Positions 46,838-56,070 of a DNA stretch of 64,000 nt are shown here, piece by piece. A program made the position numbers and the translations under genes. The notes under the pieces were generated by a model that saw only the letters and a list, made by a program, of their open reading frames with translations, ran no database searches and had not been told where the DNA came from. The first letter of the stretch is position 1. Each line of letters begins with the position of its first letter. The stretch lies in assembly GCA_964411675.1 (NCBI GenBank), contig CAYPLR010000002.1, forward strand, positions 25,536-89,535. The letters run 5' to 3'. The DNA comes from an uncultured Bacteroidales bacterium (GTDB lineage Bacteria > Bacillota_I > Bacilli_A > ML615J-28 > CAG-698).

Positions 46838-47053
46838 ATGAAAAAAGTTCTTATTTTCTTAGGTATTCTTGCAGCATTATTGCTAGGTTTTACTACGCTA
46901 GATGGAATCGGGTTGATTATTTTCTTGCTAGTTGTTTTTCCATTGGTTTTTTTCTATTTACCAATTTTATTAAGAATTGAGAAAAAAGAAGAATTGACAG
47001 AAGAAGCCAAAAAAGAAAGAGATAAAAAAGATCGCTTTTCGCGGTGGGAATAA
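46838..47053 (+). CDS. small hydrophobic protein (71 aa, 2 TM)
   Basis: VLIFLGILAALLLGF / GLIIFLLVVFPLVFFYLPILL. Tightly packed after the preceding gene. Confidence 0.4.
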   Translation: MKKVLIFLGILAALLLGFTTLDGIGLIIFLLVVFPLVFFYLPILLRIEKKEELTEEAKKERDKKDRFSRWE

Positions 47054-47751
47054 TGAATGTCCAAACCAAAGAAGAATTATTGGTTTTATATGAAGACAAT
47101 CACGTAATAGTGGTTGTAAAACCAGAAAACATGCTATCTCAAGAGGATATTACGACTGAGGATGACATGGTTAATCTTGTGAAAGAATATTTAAAAGTAA
47201 AATATCAAAAGCCAGGAAATGTATATGTAGGTTTAGTACATCGCTTAGATCGCCGTGTAGGTGGAGTCATGGTTTTTGCACGGACATCGAAAGCGGCTAG
47301 TAGATTAAGCGAAGATATACGTAACCATCTTTTTTCTAAACAATACTATGCCATTGTTACAGGTAAGTTATTAAAAGAAGAAACAATCACTAGTTATCTT
47401 GTGAAAGAAGAGAAAGGCAATAAACACATAGCAAAAATATCATCAAGCGATGATGAAAAAGCAAAAGAAGCGATTCTTGATTATACCATTGTTAAACATA
47501 TTAAAATAAATGATAAAGATTTTACCATATTACAAATCAATTTAATTACAGGTAGATACAACCAAATCAGATTACAACTATCTAGTATAGGCCATCCAAT
47601 TATCAATGATTTTAAATATGGATATGTGGGAACAAACGTGGAAAATAGTTTAGGACTTTGGTGTTATAAGATTACATTCTTACACCCAGTTTCTAAAGAA
47701 AAAATAGAGATTTCTTACTTACCAAAGAATGGAGTGTGGCGTTTCTTATGA
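47053..47751 (+). CDS. RluA-family pseudouridine synthase
   Basis: Catalytic Asp motif VHRLDRRVGGVMVFARTSKAASRL. The GTG at 47044 is an alternative start. Confidence 0.75.
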   Translation: MNVQTKEELLVLYEDNHVIVVVKPENMLSQEDITTEDDMVNLVKEYLKVKYQKPGNVYVGLVHRLDRRVGGVMVFARTSKAASRLSEDIRNHLFSKQYYAIVTGKLLKEETITSYLVKEEKGNKHIAKISSSDDEKAKEAILDYTIVKHIKINDKDFTILQINLITGRYNQIRLQLSSIGHPIINDFKYGYVGTNVENSLGLWCYKITFLHPVSKEKIEISYLPKNGVWRFL

Positions 47752-49703
47752 AAAACAAGAAAGGTTTTATTATATTCGCCGTTATCATCATTATTTTTTG
47801 TTTCACTGTATTGGTAGGAATTCTTTCCAATTCAGATATAGCAATCGAATCCTATGATGCAATTATCGATGTTGATGAAGCAGGAAACATGACTGTTGAT
47901 GAAACGTGGGTTATTCGATATCCAGAGGATTATAACGTTCGTTTTCGTGATTTGAAATATGGAAAAGATCATCGTAACAATCCATTAATGTCAGGAATGA
48001 ATTATCAAAATGATCAGGCCAATTTGGACTTGAATACGATAAAGACAAGAGTTTCTTATATTGATGGTGATGATATCATTGATGTCACAGAAAAAATAGA
48101 CATAGGCTATTCTTATAATGGAGATAGAGATGAACTAGGTGAATTGATAGAGTGTTATCCTTATAGTTCGGAATGTGAATCCGTTTTTGTCAATTTACAA
48201 GCTATTGGTGGTATGAAAGAAAAAATGGTGTTTGAATATACCTACACCATTAATGGAGCAGTAACTGGTTATAATGATATCGCTGAATTAAATTGGGTGT
48301 TATTTAGCGGTGTTGAAGCTATGGTAAAAAAAGCCCAAGTAAAAATTAACATTTATAATAATACAAATTTAGATGCATTACGGGTTTGGGGACATGGCTT
48401 AAGTCAAGGAAACATTGACATCACTTCTGTAAAAGAAATCAATATTAGCGCTAGAAATGTAAAAGCAACGGAGGAGTTAGAATTCCGTGTTCTAATGGAC
48501 AATACTGCTGTGGCTAGTATTGCGAGTGATAATGTCATTCTAGGAACTATGCAAGAAAAGATTATCGACTATGAAACCGACTTAGCAAGACAAACAAATA
48601 TTAAAAATATAATTGCCAAGATTATAAATTTGTTAACAATCATATTAGTCATTGTGATGGCTTATATTACTTATAAGGTATATAAAAAATATGATAAAGA
48701 ATATGCTCCAGAGTTCTCAGGAGTTTATTATCGGGAATTACCATATGAATACACACCAGCAGAAATGAGTTATTTGTACTATTTTGGAAAAACAAATGAC
48801 GAGGATGTTACAGCAACTCTGCTAGATTTAGTGCGTAAAGGTTATCTAGAATTAGAAGTAACCCCATCGATTGCCAATAAAAAAGATAATAATATGACTA
48901 TCTATTTAAATAAAGATCAATCGCTTGCTGACTTATTACCTCATGAAGAGCATATCATTCAATGGTTTATCAAAGATATTGGCGATGGTGAAAAAGTAAC
49001 CATTGAGCAGATTGAAAAATATGGTAAGAAGAGTTACGCGGAAGCAACAAAATTCACTAGTCAAGGAGCTCAATTTAAACGAAAAGTGAAAGCAGAAGCG
49101 GTCAAATATGACTTCTTTGAAAATGCCGCAGAGAAAGCAAAAAATAAAGCGCAAATTTATGTGCTATTACCAATTGCTTTTGCTGTGTTATGTTTATTAA
49201 TTGTACCTATGTTTAGTGTTGATGCAAAAGTAAATGGTTTTATTTCTATAGCAATTATGGCGATTTATCTTGTTTACTTATATTCCATAAAAAGAAGAAG
49301 TAAAGAGGGAAACGAACAATTTGCAAAGTGGAAAGCTTTTAAACGATTTTTAGAAGAGTTTAGTATGATGAAGGATTACCCAATGCCAAGCGTTATTGTT
49401 TGGGAACATTATTTAGTATATGCGACATCACTAAAAATTGCTGATAAAGTGATGGATCAATTACGAGTAAAACTACCTGAGATAGATACACAAGAAGGAA
49501 CATTTTTATCTAGTCGACATGTATATCCAGGATTCTATTATGGATATATGTTTAATCGAATTCATACATCCGTTTCCATTGCTAGAACTAACGTTGTTAG
49601 TACGATTGCAAGTCATAATGCAGCTAGCGGAATGGGACGTGGTGGTGGATTTAGTGGAGGATCGTCTTTTGGTGGCGGTGGAGGCGGAGCTCGAAGCCGT
49701 TAA
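47736..49703 (+). CDS. DUF2207-family membrane protein with Gly-rich C-terminal tail
   Basis: N-terminal TM, a large external domain, two central TM helices, and tail GMGRGGGFSGGSSFGGGGGGARSR. The alternative ATG 47748 overlaps the rluA-like stop. Confidence 0.65.
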   Translation: MAFLMKNKKGFIIFAVIIIIFCFTVLVGILSNSDIAIESYDAIIDVDEAGNMTVDETWVIRYPEDYNVRFRDLKYGKDHRNNPLMSGMNYQNDQANLDLNTIKTRVSYIDGDDIIDVTEKIDIGYSYNGDRDELGELIECYPYSSECESVFVNLQAIGGMKEKMVFEYTYTINGAVTGYNDIAELNWVLFSGVEAMVKKAQVKINIYNNTNLDALRVWGHGLSQGNIDITSVKEINISARNVKATEELEFRVLMDNTAVASIASDNVILGTMQEKIIDYETDLARQTNIKNIIAKIINLLTIILVIVMAYITYKVYKKYDKEYAPEFSGVYYRELPYEYTPAEMSYLYYFGKTNDEDVTATLLDLVRKGYLELEVTPSIANKKDNNMTIYLNKDQSLADLLPHEEHIIQWFIKDIGDGEKVTIEQIEKYGKKSYAEATKFTSQGAQFKRKVKAEAVKYDFFENAAEKAKNKAQIYVLLPIAFAVLCLLIVPMFSVDAKVNGFISIAIMAIYLVYLYSIKRRSKEGNEQFAKWKAFKRFLEEFSMMKDYPMPSVIVWEHYLVYATSLKIADKVMDQLRVKLPEIDTQEGTFLSSRHVYPGFYYGYMFNRIHTSVSIARTNVVSTIASHNAASGMGRGGGFSGGSSFGGGGGGARSR

Positions 49704-49734
49704 AATATAAAAGGAAAGAAAATTGGAGGAAGTA

Positions 49735-50325
49735 ATGATGATTTTTTTAAGTGTTGGTGGAACAATTACAATTATTGTTGTAATTTTATTAGTGCTAGTT
49801 TTAGCTGGTTTTGTTATTGTAAATTATAACAAATTAGTTGAACTAAGAAACAAGGTAAAAAATCAATGGCATCAAATCGATGTTCAATTAAAACGTAGAT
49901 TTGATATGATTCCAAACTTAGCAGAAACGGTAAAAGGTTATGCTAAACATGAAGAAGCAATTTTTGGTGAATTTGCGAAAGCAAGAGGACTATATGCTCA
50001 AGCTTCACAAACAGGAAATGTTGCAGAGATGGCTGAAGCCAATAAAGGATTGGCAGGAGCTTTGAGTAGATTGCTGGTTGTTCAAGAACAATATCCAGAA
50101 TTACAAGCAAATACTAATTTCCAACAAATGATGAAAGATTTAAAAGAAACAGAAGATAAGATTGCTTATCAAAGACAATTCTATAATGATGTTGTACAAA
50201 TAAACAATAATAAAATAGAAATGTTCCCAAGCAATATTATTGCAAAATTATTTGGTTTTAAGATTGCTGAATTCTTTGCTTTAACTGAAGAAGGCGAAAG
50301 AGAAGCACCAAAAGTATCATTTTAA
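49735..50325 (+). CDS. LemA-family protein
   Basis: N-terminal TM, then the LemA core YNKLVELRNKVKNQWHQIDVQLKRRFDMIPNL. GGAGGAAG precedes the start. Adjacent to the DUF2207 gene. Confidence 0.8.
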   Translation: MMIFLSVGGTITIIVVILLVLVLAGFVIVNYNKLVELRNKVKNQWHQIDVQLKRRFDMIPNLAETVKGYAKHEEAIFGEFAKARGLYAQASQTGNVAEMAEANKGLAGALSRLLVVQEQYPELQANTNFQQMMKDLKETEDKIAYQRQFYNDVVQINNNKIEMFPSNIIAKLFGFKIAEFFALTEEGEREAPKVSF

Positions 50326-50395
50326 AAAATAAGCATGTGAATAATCTCACATGCTTTTGATATATTGGTTATAAGGTTTTACTAAGAGGTGGTTT

Positions 50396-51124
50396 GTGGA
50401 AAAATTATTTTGGGAGAAAGAGTATACGATCACAACGAATAGTTTAGATTGTCATGATCGATTATCTTTAGTAGGAATTCTCGATTTATTACAAGATGCA
50501 GCAGGATATCATGCTGCTCTTTTAGGATTGGGATTTGATGATTTAAAAGAAATAGGAATAACTTGGCTTTTAGTTAGAACAAAATTTGAGATTGTGAAAG
50601 AATTGCCACCCATTAGAAGAGTAAAAGTAAAAACATGGCAAAGTTACAAAGGCCGTGTTGATTATGAAAGAGACTATTTAGTCTGTAATGAAAATGATGA
50701 GGTACTAATCAAAGGGACTAGCAAGTGGTGTTTGATTGAACCGAAGACTCGTCGCATTGTTCCAACATCGAGGATAAGTTTTGATATTACTTATCCAGAT
50801 AAGCGTAATTATGAAAAACGATTTGAAAAGCTTGATTTTACATTGAAAGAGGTAATGAATGAGAAGACCTACACTGTTTACCAAAGTCATCTTGATCACA
50901 ATTTTCATGTAAACAACACGAAATATGGGGAGTTCATTATGAATACTATTTCTCTTTCACAGGAGGAACAAATTAAAAATTTTGAAATTAATTATATAAA
51001 AGAAGTTCATCTTCATGATGAACTGACCATTAAATTTAATAAACAAGGAAATCAATACTTTATTGAAGGATATAGTAATAATGAATTAGCAATCAGAAGT
51101 TTTTTAGAAGTTGAAAAGCACTGA
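50396..51124 (+). CDS. acyl-ACP thioesterase
   Basis: 242 aa, FatA-type double hot-dog pattern (LSLVGILDLLQDAAGYHA; HLDHNFHVNNTKY). GTG start sits 4 nt after GAGGTGG. Confidence 0.7.
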   Translation: MEKLFWEKEYTITTNSLDCHDRLSLVGILDLLQDAAGYHAALLGLGFDDLKEIGITWLLVRTKFEIVKELPPIRRVKVKTWQSYKGRVDYERDYLVCNENDEVLIKGTSKWCLIEPKTRRIVPTSRISFDITYPDKRNYEKRFEKLDFTLKEVMNEKTYTVYQSHLDHNFHVNNTKYGEFIMNTISLSQEEQIKNFEINYIKEVHLHDELTIKFNKQGNQYFIEGYSNNELAIRSFLEVEKH

Positions 51125-51133
51125 TTGCTTTTT

Positions 51134-51162
51134 ATAATAAAAAAACCCCTAAAACAGGGGAT
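51134..51162 (-). terminator. bidirectional rho-independent terminator (rpmE / thioesterase)
   Basis: CCCCTGTTTTAGGGG followed by T7 on the minus strand; A-rich on the plus strand. Confidence 0.7.
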
Positions 51163-51371
51163 TATTTATCTTTCTTTTCTAAACGTTTATTGAAACGCTC
51201 TACACGACCAGCAGCTTGAACAAATTTTTGTTGCCCTGTAAAGAAAGGATGACATTTTGCACAAGTATCTACACGCATTTCTTTCAAAACAGAACCTGTT
51301 TCAAAAGTGTTACCGCAAGATGTACAAACAACAGTTATTTTGTTGTATTTTGGATGAATTCCTTTTTTCAT
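51162..51371 (-). CDS. rpmE: 50S ribosomal protein L31
   Basis: 69 aa, MKKGIHPKY start, and CxxC...CxxC zinc ribbon. GGAAGGAG sits 7 nt before the ATG. Confidence 0.9.
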   Translation of the reverse strand: MKKGIHPKYNKITVVCTSCGNTFETGSVLKEMRVDTCAKCHPFFTGQQKFVQAAGRVERFNKRLEKKDK

Positions 51372-51616
51372 AGTTTTACTCCTTCCGCCATAGTTTATGT
51401 CAACTATAGTAAGTTTCCTGATATATTATATAACAAAATGTAATGAAAGTCAAGATAAAATATAGGGGATTATTAATGAACGATAGGATTGTTTTTCTTT
51501 TTCTTAATAAGAAAAAAATAAATGATTTTTATTCGGGATAAAGTTATAAAAAAACTTTATAAAACAAATTTAATATTGTATAATATATATGAGAAAATAA
51601 GTTAAGGAGATCACTT

Positions 51617-52207
51617 ATGGATTTGCAATTAAAAGACGGTTGGATAGAAGTCATTACTGGAAGTATGTATGCTGGGAAAACGGAAGAACTATTGCGAAGA
51701 ATTAGAAGAATAGAATACGCGAAACGAACTGTCATCGTTTTTAAACCTAAGATTGATGATCGCTATAGTAGCTGTGAGGTTGTTTCGCACAATAATGGAA
51801 GAACAAAGTCAGTTAATGTTACTAAAGCAGAAGATATATTAGATTATTTAGTCGAACCATATCCTTATGCGATTGCGATTGATGAGGTACAGTTTCTCGA
51901 TGAAAAAATTATTGGTGTTTGTGAGAAGTTTGCCAATAAAGGTGTTCGAGTTATTGTTGCTGGATTAGATCGTAACTTTCGTGGAGAACCATTTGGAGTA
52001 ATGCCTGAACTACTAGCAAGGGCCGAATATGTTACTAAATTAGCAGCTATTTGTAGTGTTTGTGGTGCTCCTGCAACAAGGACACAACGCTTAATTAACG
52101 GAATGCCAGCAAATTATAGCGATCCAATTATTTTAGTTGGAGCGAAAGAACAATACGAAGCTCGATGCCGACATTGTCATAGGGTCCCAGGGAAAAGCAA
52201 TGATTAA
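51617..52207 (+). CDS. tdk: thymidine kinase
   Basis: P-loop [11 protein letters not shown] and C-terminal zinc ribbon CSVCG...CRHCH. RBS AAGGAG. Confidence 0.9.
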   Translation: MDLQLKDGWIEVITGSMYAGKTEELLRRIRRIEYAKRTVIVFKPKIDDRYSSCEVVSHNNGRTKSVNVTKAEDILDYLVEPYPYAIAIDEVQFLDEKIIGVCEKFANKGVRVIVAGLDRNFRGEPFGVMPELLARAEYVTKLAAICSVCGAPATRTQRLINGMPANYSDPIILVGAKEQYEARCRHCHRVPGKSND

Positions 52208-52664
52208 AAACGATGAATACTACATGAGACTTGCTATATTAGAAGCAAAAAAAGCATATAGTAAGGGCGAGGTTCCTGTTGGTGCCATCATAGTTTATCA
52301 AGATAAAATCATTGCTCGTGGATACAATGTAAGAGAAACAAAGAAAAGTGTTTTTGGTCACGCAGAAATAGTAGCCATTATGAAAGCAACCAAAAAATTA
52401 AATCAGAAATTTCTTGATGGTTGTTCTTTGTATGTTACATTAGAGCCTTGTCTTATGTGTGCAGGAGCGATTCAAGCGGCAAGAATAAAAAAATTAATTT
52501 ATAGCGCTAGAGAACCAAAGTTTGGTTCTTTAGAGAGTCAGGGAAATGTCTACCAAATATTCAAAGGGAACCATGATGTACAGGTAATCGGGGGATTGTT
52601 AGAAGAAGTTACGTCACAGATGATGAAAGATTTTTTTAAGACAATAAGAGAAAACAAGCTATGA
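52200..52664 (+). CDS. tadA: tRNA adenosine(34) deaminase
   Basis: CDA zinc motifs HAEIVAI and [12 protein letters not shown] 52200 overlaps the tdk stop by 8 nt. The ORF-track start 52137 lies inside tdk. Confidence 0.85.
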   Translation: MIKNDEYYMRLAILEAKKAYSKGEVPVGAIIVYQDKIIARGYNVRETKKSVFGHAEIVAIMKATKKLNQKFLDGCSLYVTLEPCLMCAGAIQAARIKKLIYSAREPKFGSLESQGNVYQIFKGNHDVQVIGGLLEEVTSQMMKDFFKTIRENKL

Positions 52665-52671
52665 TATTACC

Positions 52672-52700
52672 TTGCCAAAATCGAACATTAATGGTATAAT
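52672..52700 (+). promoter_or_regulatory. sigma-A promoter of the SRP RNA gene
   Basis: TTGCCA, a 17-nt spacer, then TATAAT. Confidence 0.65.
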
Positions 52701-52705
52701 TTACG

Positions 52706-52830
52706 GGTAATAATCTCGCTTTAAGTACCCATATTCAATATTAAGCAGTGAATCAGGTCAGGTCGTGATTGAAGCAGCCTTAAGCTTAACTTAGTATGTG
52801 AGTATGGGTACTTAAGGTGAGATTAATTAG
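52706..52830 (+). ncRNA. ffs: signal recognition particle RNA (small 4.5S/scRNA type)
   Basis: Conserved domain-IV sequence AUCAGGUCAGGUCGUGAUUGAAGCAGCC (cf. CCAGGUCAGGUCCGGAAGGAAGCAGCC). About 23-bp terminal helix UAAUCUCGCUUUAAGUACCCAUA / UAUGGGUACUUAAGGUGAGAUUA. The tadA-SRP RNA position is as in Bacillus. Confidence 0.8.
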
Positions 52831-52837
52831 GAAAGTG

Positions 52838-52870
52838 GAAGCTCTTATTGATAAGAGTTTTTTATTTTTT
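52838..52870 (+). terminator. rho-independent terminator of SRP RNA
   Basis: AAGCTCTTATtgATAAGAGTTT followed by T5ATTTTTT. Confidence 0.75.
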
Positions 52871-52881
52871 AGGAGAAAAAT

Positions 52882-53859
52882 ATGTTTAAAATTGGAAATG
52901 TAGAAGTGAAAAATTCTATTGTGCTTGCTCCATTAGCTGGATATACAAATCAAGCCTATCGAAAAATAATCAAAGAATTCGGTGTGGGACTTGTTTATAC
53001 AGAAATGATTAGTGCAAAAGGACTCATTTACGATAATGATAAAACTTGGTATTTAACGGAAATAGCAGATAATGAACATCCGATAGCTGTGCAACTATTT
53101 GGTGGAAACGCTGAAGATTTAGTCAAAGCAGCGATTATGATTGATCAAAAAACAAAGGCTGATATTATTGATATTAATATGGGATGCCCAGTAAAGAAGG
53201 TTATCAAAGCTGAATCTGGTGTAAAAATGATGCTGGATATCAAGAAAGCCTACAACATTGTTAGTCAGGTAGTGCAAGCCGTAAAAAAGCCAGTTAGTAT
53301 AAAAATGCGAGCAGGTTGGGATCATCAAAATATCAACTGTTCTGAATTTGCAAAAGCGATGGAACAAGCGGGAGTGGCATTAATTACCATTCATGGTAGA
53401 ACTAAAAGCGATTTGTATGGAGGGCATGTTAACCTAGACTATATAAAAAAGGTAAAAGAAAGTGTTAAAATCCCTGTTATTGGTAATGGTGACATCAAAT
53501 CCGTGAAAGATGCAGTAAAAATGTTAGAGTATACAAATGCCGATGGAATCATGGTTGGTAGGGGAACCTTTGGTAACCCATGGTTAATAAGAGATTTAGT
53601 AGATTATTTCTCTGGTAAAACAACCGATGCACCACCAACAAAAAAAGAAAAAGTCACTATGATTAGACGACATTTTCAAGAATTATTGCAAATAAAAGCG
53701 GAAAAAATCGCAGTATTAGAAATGCGCACATTAGCAGCATGGTATGTGAAGGGATTTCATTACGCAAAAGAATTCAAACAAAAATTAATCAGTATCAAAA
53801 CAAAAGAAGAAATGAATTTACTAATAAATGAACTGGAAAAGAGTATAGACGAGGAATAA
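52882..53859 (+). CDS. dusB: tRNA-dihydrouridine synthase
   Basis: FMN/TIM-barrel motifs LAPLAGYTN, DINMGCPVKKV and catalytic Cys. RBS GGAGAAA. Confidence 0.85.
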   Translation: MFKIGNVEVKNSIVLAPLAGYTNQAYRKIIKEFGVGLVYTEMISAKGLIYDNDKTWYLTEIADNEHPIAVQLFGGNAEDLVKAAIMIDQKTKADIIDINMGCPVKKVIKAESGVKMMLDIKKAYNIVSQVVQAVKKPVSIKMRAGWDHQNINCSEFAKAMEQAGVALITIHGRTKSDLYGGHVNLDYIKKVKESVKIPVIGNGDIKSVKDAVKMLEYTNADGIMVGRGTFGNPWLIRDLVDYFSGKTTDAPPTKKEKVTMIRRHFQELLQIKAEKIAVLEMRTLAAWYVKGFHYAKEFKQKLISIKTKEEMNLLINELEKSIDEE

Positions 53860-53862
53860 TAA

Positions 53863-56070
53863 ATGATAACAAAATCGATGCATGTTCAAGACAATGTTTT
53901 ATATATGGGAGAATATAGTTTAGTAGATCTTGCAAAAAAGTATGGAACTCCCCTATATGTATATGATGAAGTAGGAATAAACAATAAAATAGAAAAATTT
54001 AAAAACAATTTTAAAAGCAATCAATTCGAATGTGAAGTAGTATATGCTTCTAAAGCATTTATCGCACCATATTTATGCAAGATTCTTGCTCAAAATAATT
54101 TTAGTATTGATTCTGTGAGCGAAGGAGATTTATATTTAATTAATAAAAGTGGCTTCCCAATGAATAAAGTAGTTGCTCATGGTAATAATAAACTAATGAG
54201 TGAATTGATGCTAGCTTTAGATTATGGAGTAGAATATTTAGTTGTTGATAATCTTACTGAATTATTAAAATTAGAATATTTAGCTAATCGAAAGCAAAAA
54301 CCCTTAAAGACATTAATTAGAGTTAATCCAGGGATTGAAGCTCATACACATGCTTACATTGAGACTGCAAATTTAAGCTCTAAGTTTGGTGAGTCAATTT
54401 TTGCTACCGATATTTTAGAACAAATGATAGCTGTTTATCGCAATTCAAAATATTTAACTTTAGAAGGATTCCATGCGCATATAGGTTCACAAATTAATAA
54501 TCCCAATAGTTTTCTTTCAGAAGTAAAAACGATGTGTCAATTCATGCGTAACTTTTCAGAAAAAACAGGATTTTCTTTTCGAGCATTAGATATTGGTGGT
54601 GGCTTTGCTATTAAATATTTGGATGATGATGTTGAAATAGATTTACCTACCATGTTACAGTTAATTGTGAAAGCAGTAGAAGAAGAAAATGCAAAATCAG
54701 AAACAATGAAAATTGAAAAATTGATGATAGAACCAGGAAGATCACTAGTAGGTGATTCTGGAGTTACGCTTTATACATGCGGAAGTAAAAAGACAACCTA
54801 TAATGGTAAAAATTATATCTTTGTTGATGGTGGAATGTCAGATAATATTCGTCCCGCTTTATATCAGGCAAAATACTCAGTTGATGTAGTGAATCATGTC
54901 GTTTCACCAACAAAAGAAAAATATGATGTGGTTGGAAAATGCTGCGAAAGCGGGGATATCATTGTCACTGATACAATGATTGGTGAAATTCATAAAGGCG
55001 ACATTATGGTAGTGTATTCTACTGGTGCTTATTGCTATTCAATGTCAATGAACTATAACAGCTTAGCAAGAGGTGCAGTTATTTTTGTAAATGGGGATAA
55101 AATTACAACAGCAATAAGGAGACAAAGTTTTGAACACATGTTTGAAACCTGTGTTTTTGAGGAGAAAGATATGAAGATATTTGATATTCACAGCGATATG
55201 TTATATGATTTGAATAAACAAAGCTTATTAGGAAACCATACAAGATTTAAAGATTACCATGTTCCTCAATTGCAAAATAGTTGCATTAAAGGAGCAGTTT
55301 GGACGATGTATTCACCTGATGATTTCAATTTATTGGAAGCGGTGAAGCGAGCAATCAACAAAATTGATTTACAGGAGTTACCAGGGTTTGAAGTTATCTT
55401 GGGGCTTGAAGGGCTACGAAACCTAGAAAAAGTGGAAGATATCAACCAATTATACGAACTAGGCTTTAGACATGCGATGCTAACATGGAATGAAGAAAAC
55501 AAATATGCGACGGGTGTTGGAGGCAATGCAAATAGAGGATTAACTGAAGAAGGCATACGTCTAGTAAAACGCATGGAAGAACTAGGTATGATTATTGACT
55601 TGGCGCATTTAAATGAAAAAAGTTTTTATGATGTCTTAAAAGTTGTAAACAAGAATATTGTTTATTCTCATGGATGTGTAAAAGACATTTGTAATCATCG
55701 TCGTAATGTCACAAATGAGCAAATGCTTGCTTTAAAAGCAGTTGATGGTTTGTTAGGATTAACACTAGCAAAAAACTTTGTGAGTCCAATAGAAGAAGAA
55801 AAAGATTTGGCCCACTTCTTAAATCATCTAGATAAAGCGATAGATGTAATGGGAATCGATCATGTTTGCTTTGGCTTTGATTTCATGGATTATTTGTCAG
55901 AATTTCCTAATGATAATATCATTGATGTACCAAATGCAACAAAAGCATTTCGCATTATTGATGGAATGAGAGAAAGAGGTTACACGGAAGAAGAAATAGA
56001 AAAGATTTGTTGGAGCAATTTTTACAATCGATATAAAAACAAGGTTGTCTTAAGAGGAGAAAAGAAATGA
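53863..56070 (+). CDS. lysA: diaminopimelate decarboxylase (LysA, aa 1-436) fused in frame to an M19 membrane-dipeptidase-family domain (aa 437-735)
   Basis: N-terminal part has LysA motifs (YASKAF PLP-Lys, GGGF, EPGRSLVGDSG, CCESGD). C-terminal part starts MKIFDIHSDMLYDL with M19 His/Asp/Glu metal ligands. An intact SD GAGGAG sits 6 nt before the internal ATG 55171. The junction is on T5 (55154-55158). Confidence 0.7.
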   Translation: MITKSMHVQDNVLYMGEYSLVDLAKKYGTPLYVYDEVGINNKIEKFKNNFKSNQFECEVVYASKAFIAPYLCKILAQNNFSIDSVSEGDLYLINKSGFPMNKVVAHGNNKLMSELMLALDYGVEYLVVDNLTELLKLEYLANRKQKPLKTLIRVNPGIEAHTHAYIETANLSSKFGESIFATDILEQMIAVYRNSKYLTLEGFHAHIGSQINNPNSFLSEVKTMCQFMRNFSEKTGFSFRALDIGGGFAIKYLDDDVEIDLPTMLQLIVKAVEEENAKSETMKIEKLMIEPGRSLVGDSGVTLYTCGSKKTTYNGKNYIFVDGGMSDNIRPALYQAKYSVDVVNHVVSPTKEKYDVVGKCCESGDIIVTDTMIGEIHKGDIMVVYSTGAYCYSMSMNYNSLARGAVIFVNGDKITTAIRRQSFEHMFETCVFEEKDMKIFDIHSDMLYDLNKQSLLGNHTRFKDYHVPQLQNSCIKGAVWTMYSPDDFNLLEAVKRAINKIDLQELPGFEVILGLEGLRNLEKVEDINQLYELGFRHAMLTWNEENKYATGVGGNANRGLTEEGIRLVKRMEELGMIIDLAHLNEKSFYDVLKVVNKNIVYSHGCVKDICNHRRNVTNEQMLALKAVDGLLGLTLAKNFVSPIEEEKDLAHFLNHLDKAIDVMGIDHVCFGFDFMDYLSEFPNDNIIDVPNATKAFRIIDGMRERGYTEEEIEKICWSNFYNRYKNKVVLRGEKK

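Noticed and set aside
51372-51616. 245-nt divergent intergenic region between rpmE and tdk as a possible regulatory RNA
   Set aside because: It contains only the two divergent promoters and RBSs plus A/T-rich sequence. No convincing stem-loops or conserved motif were seen.
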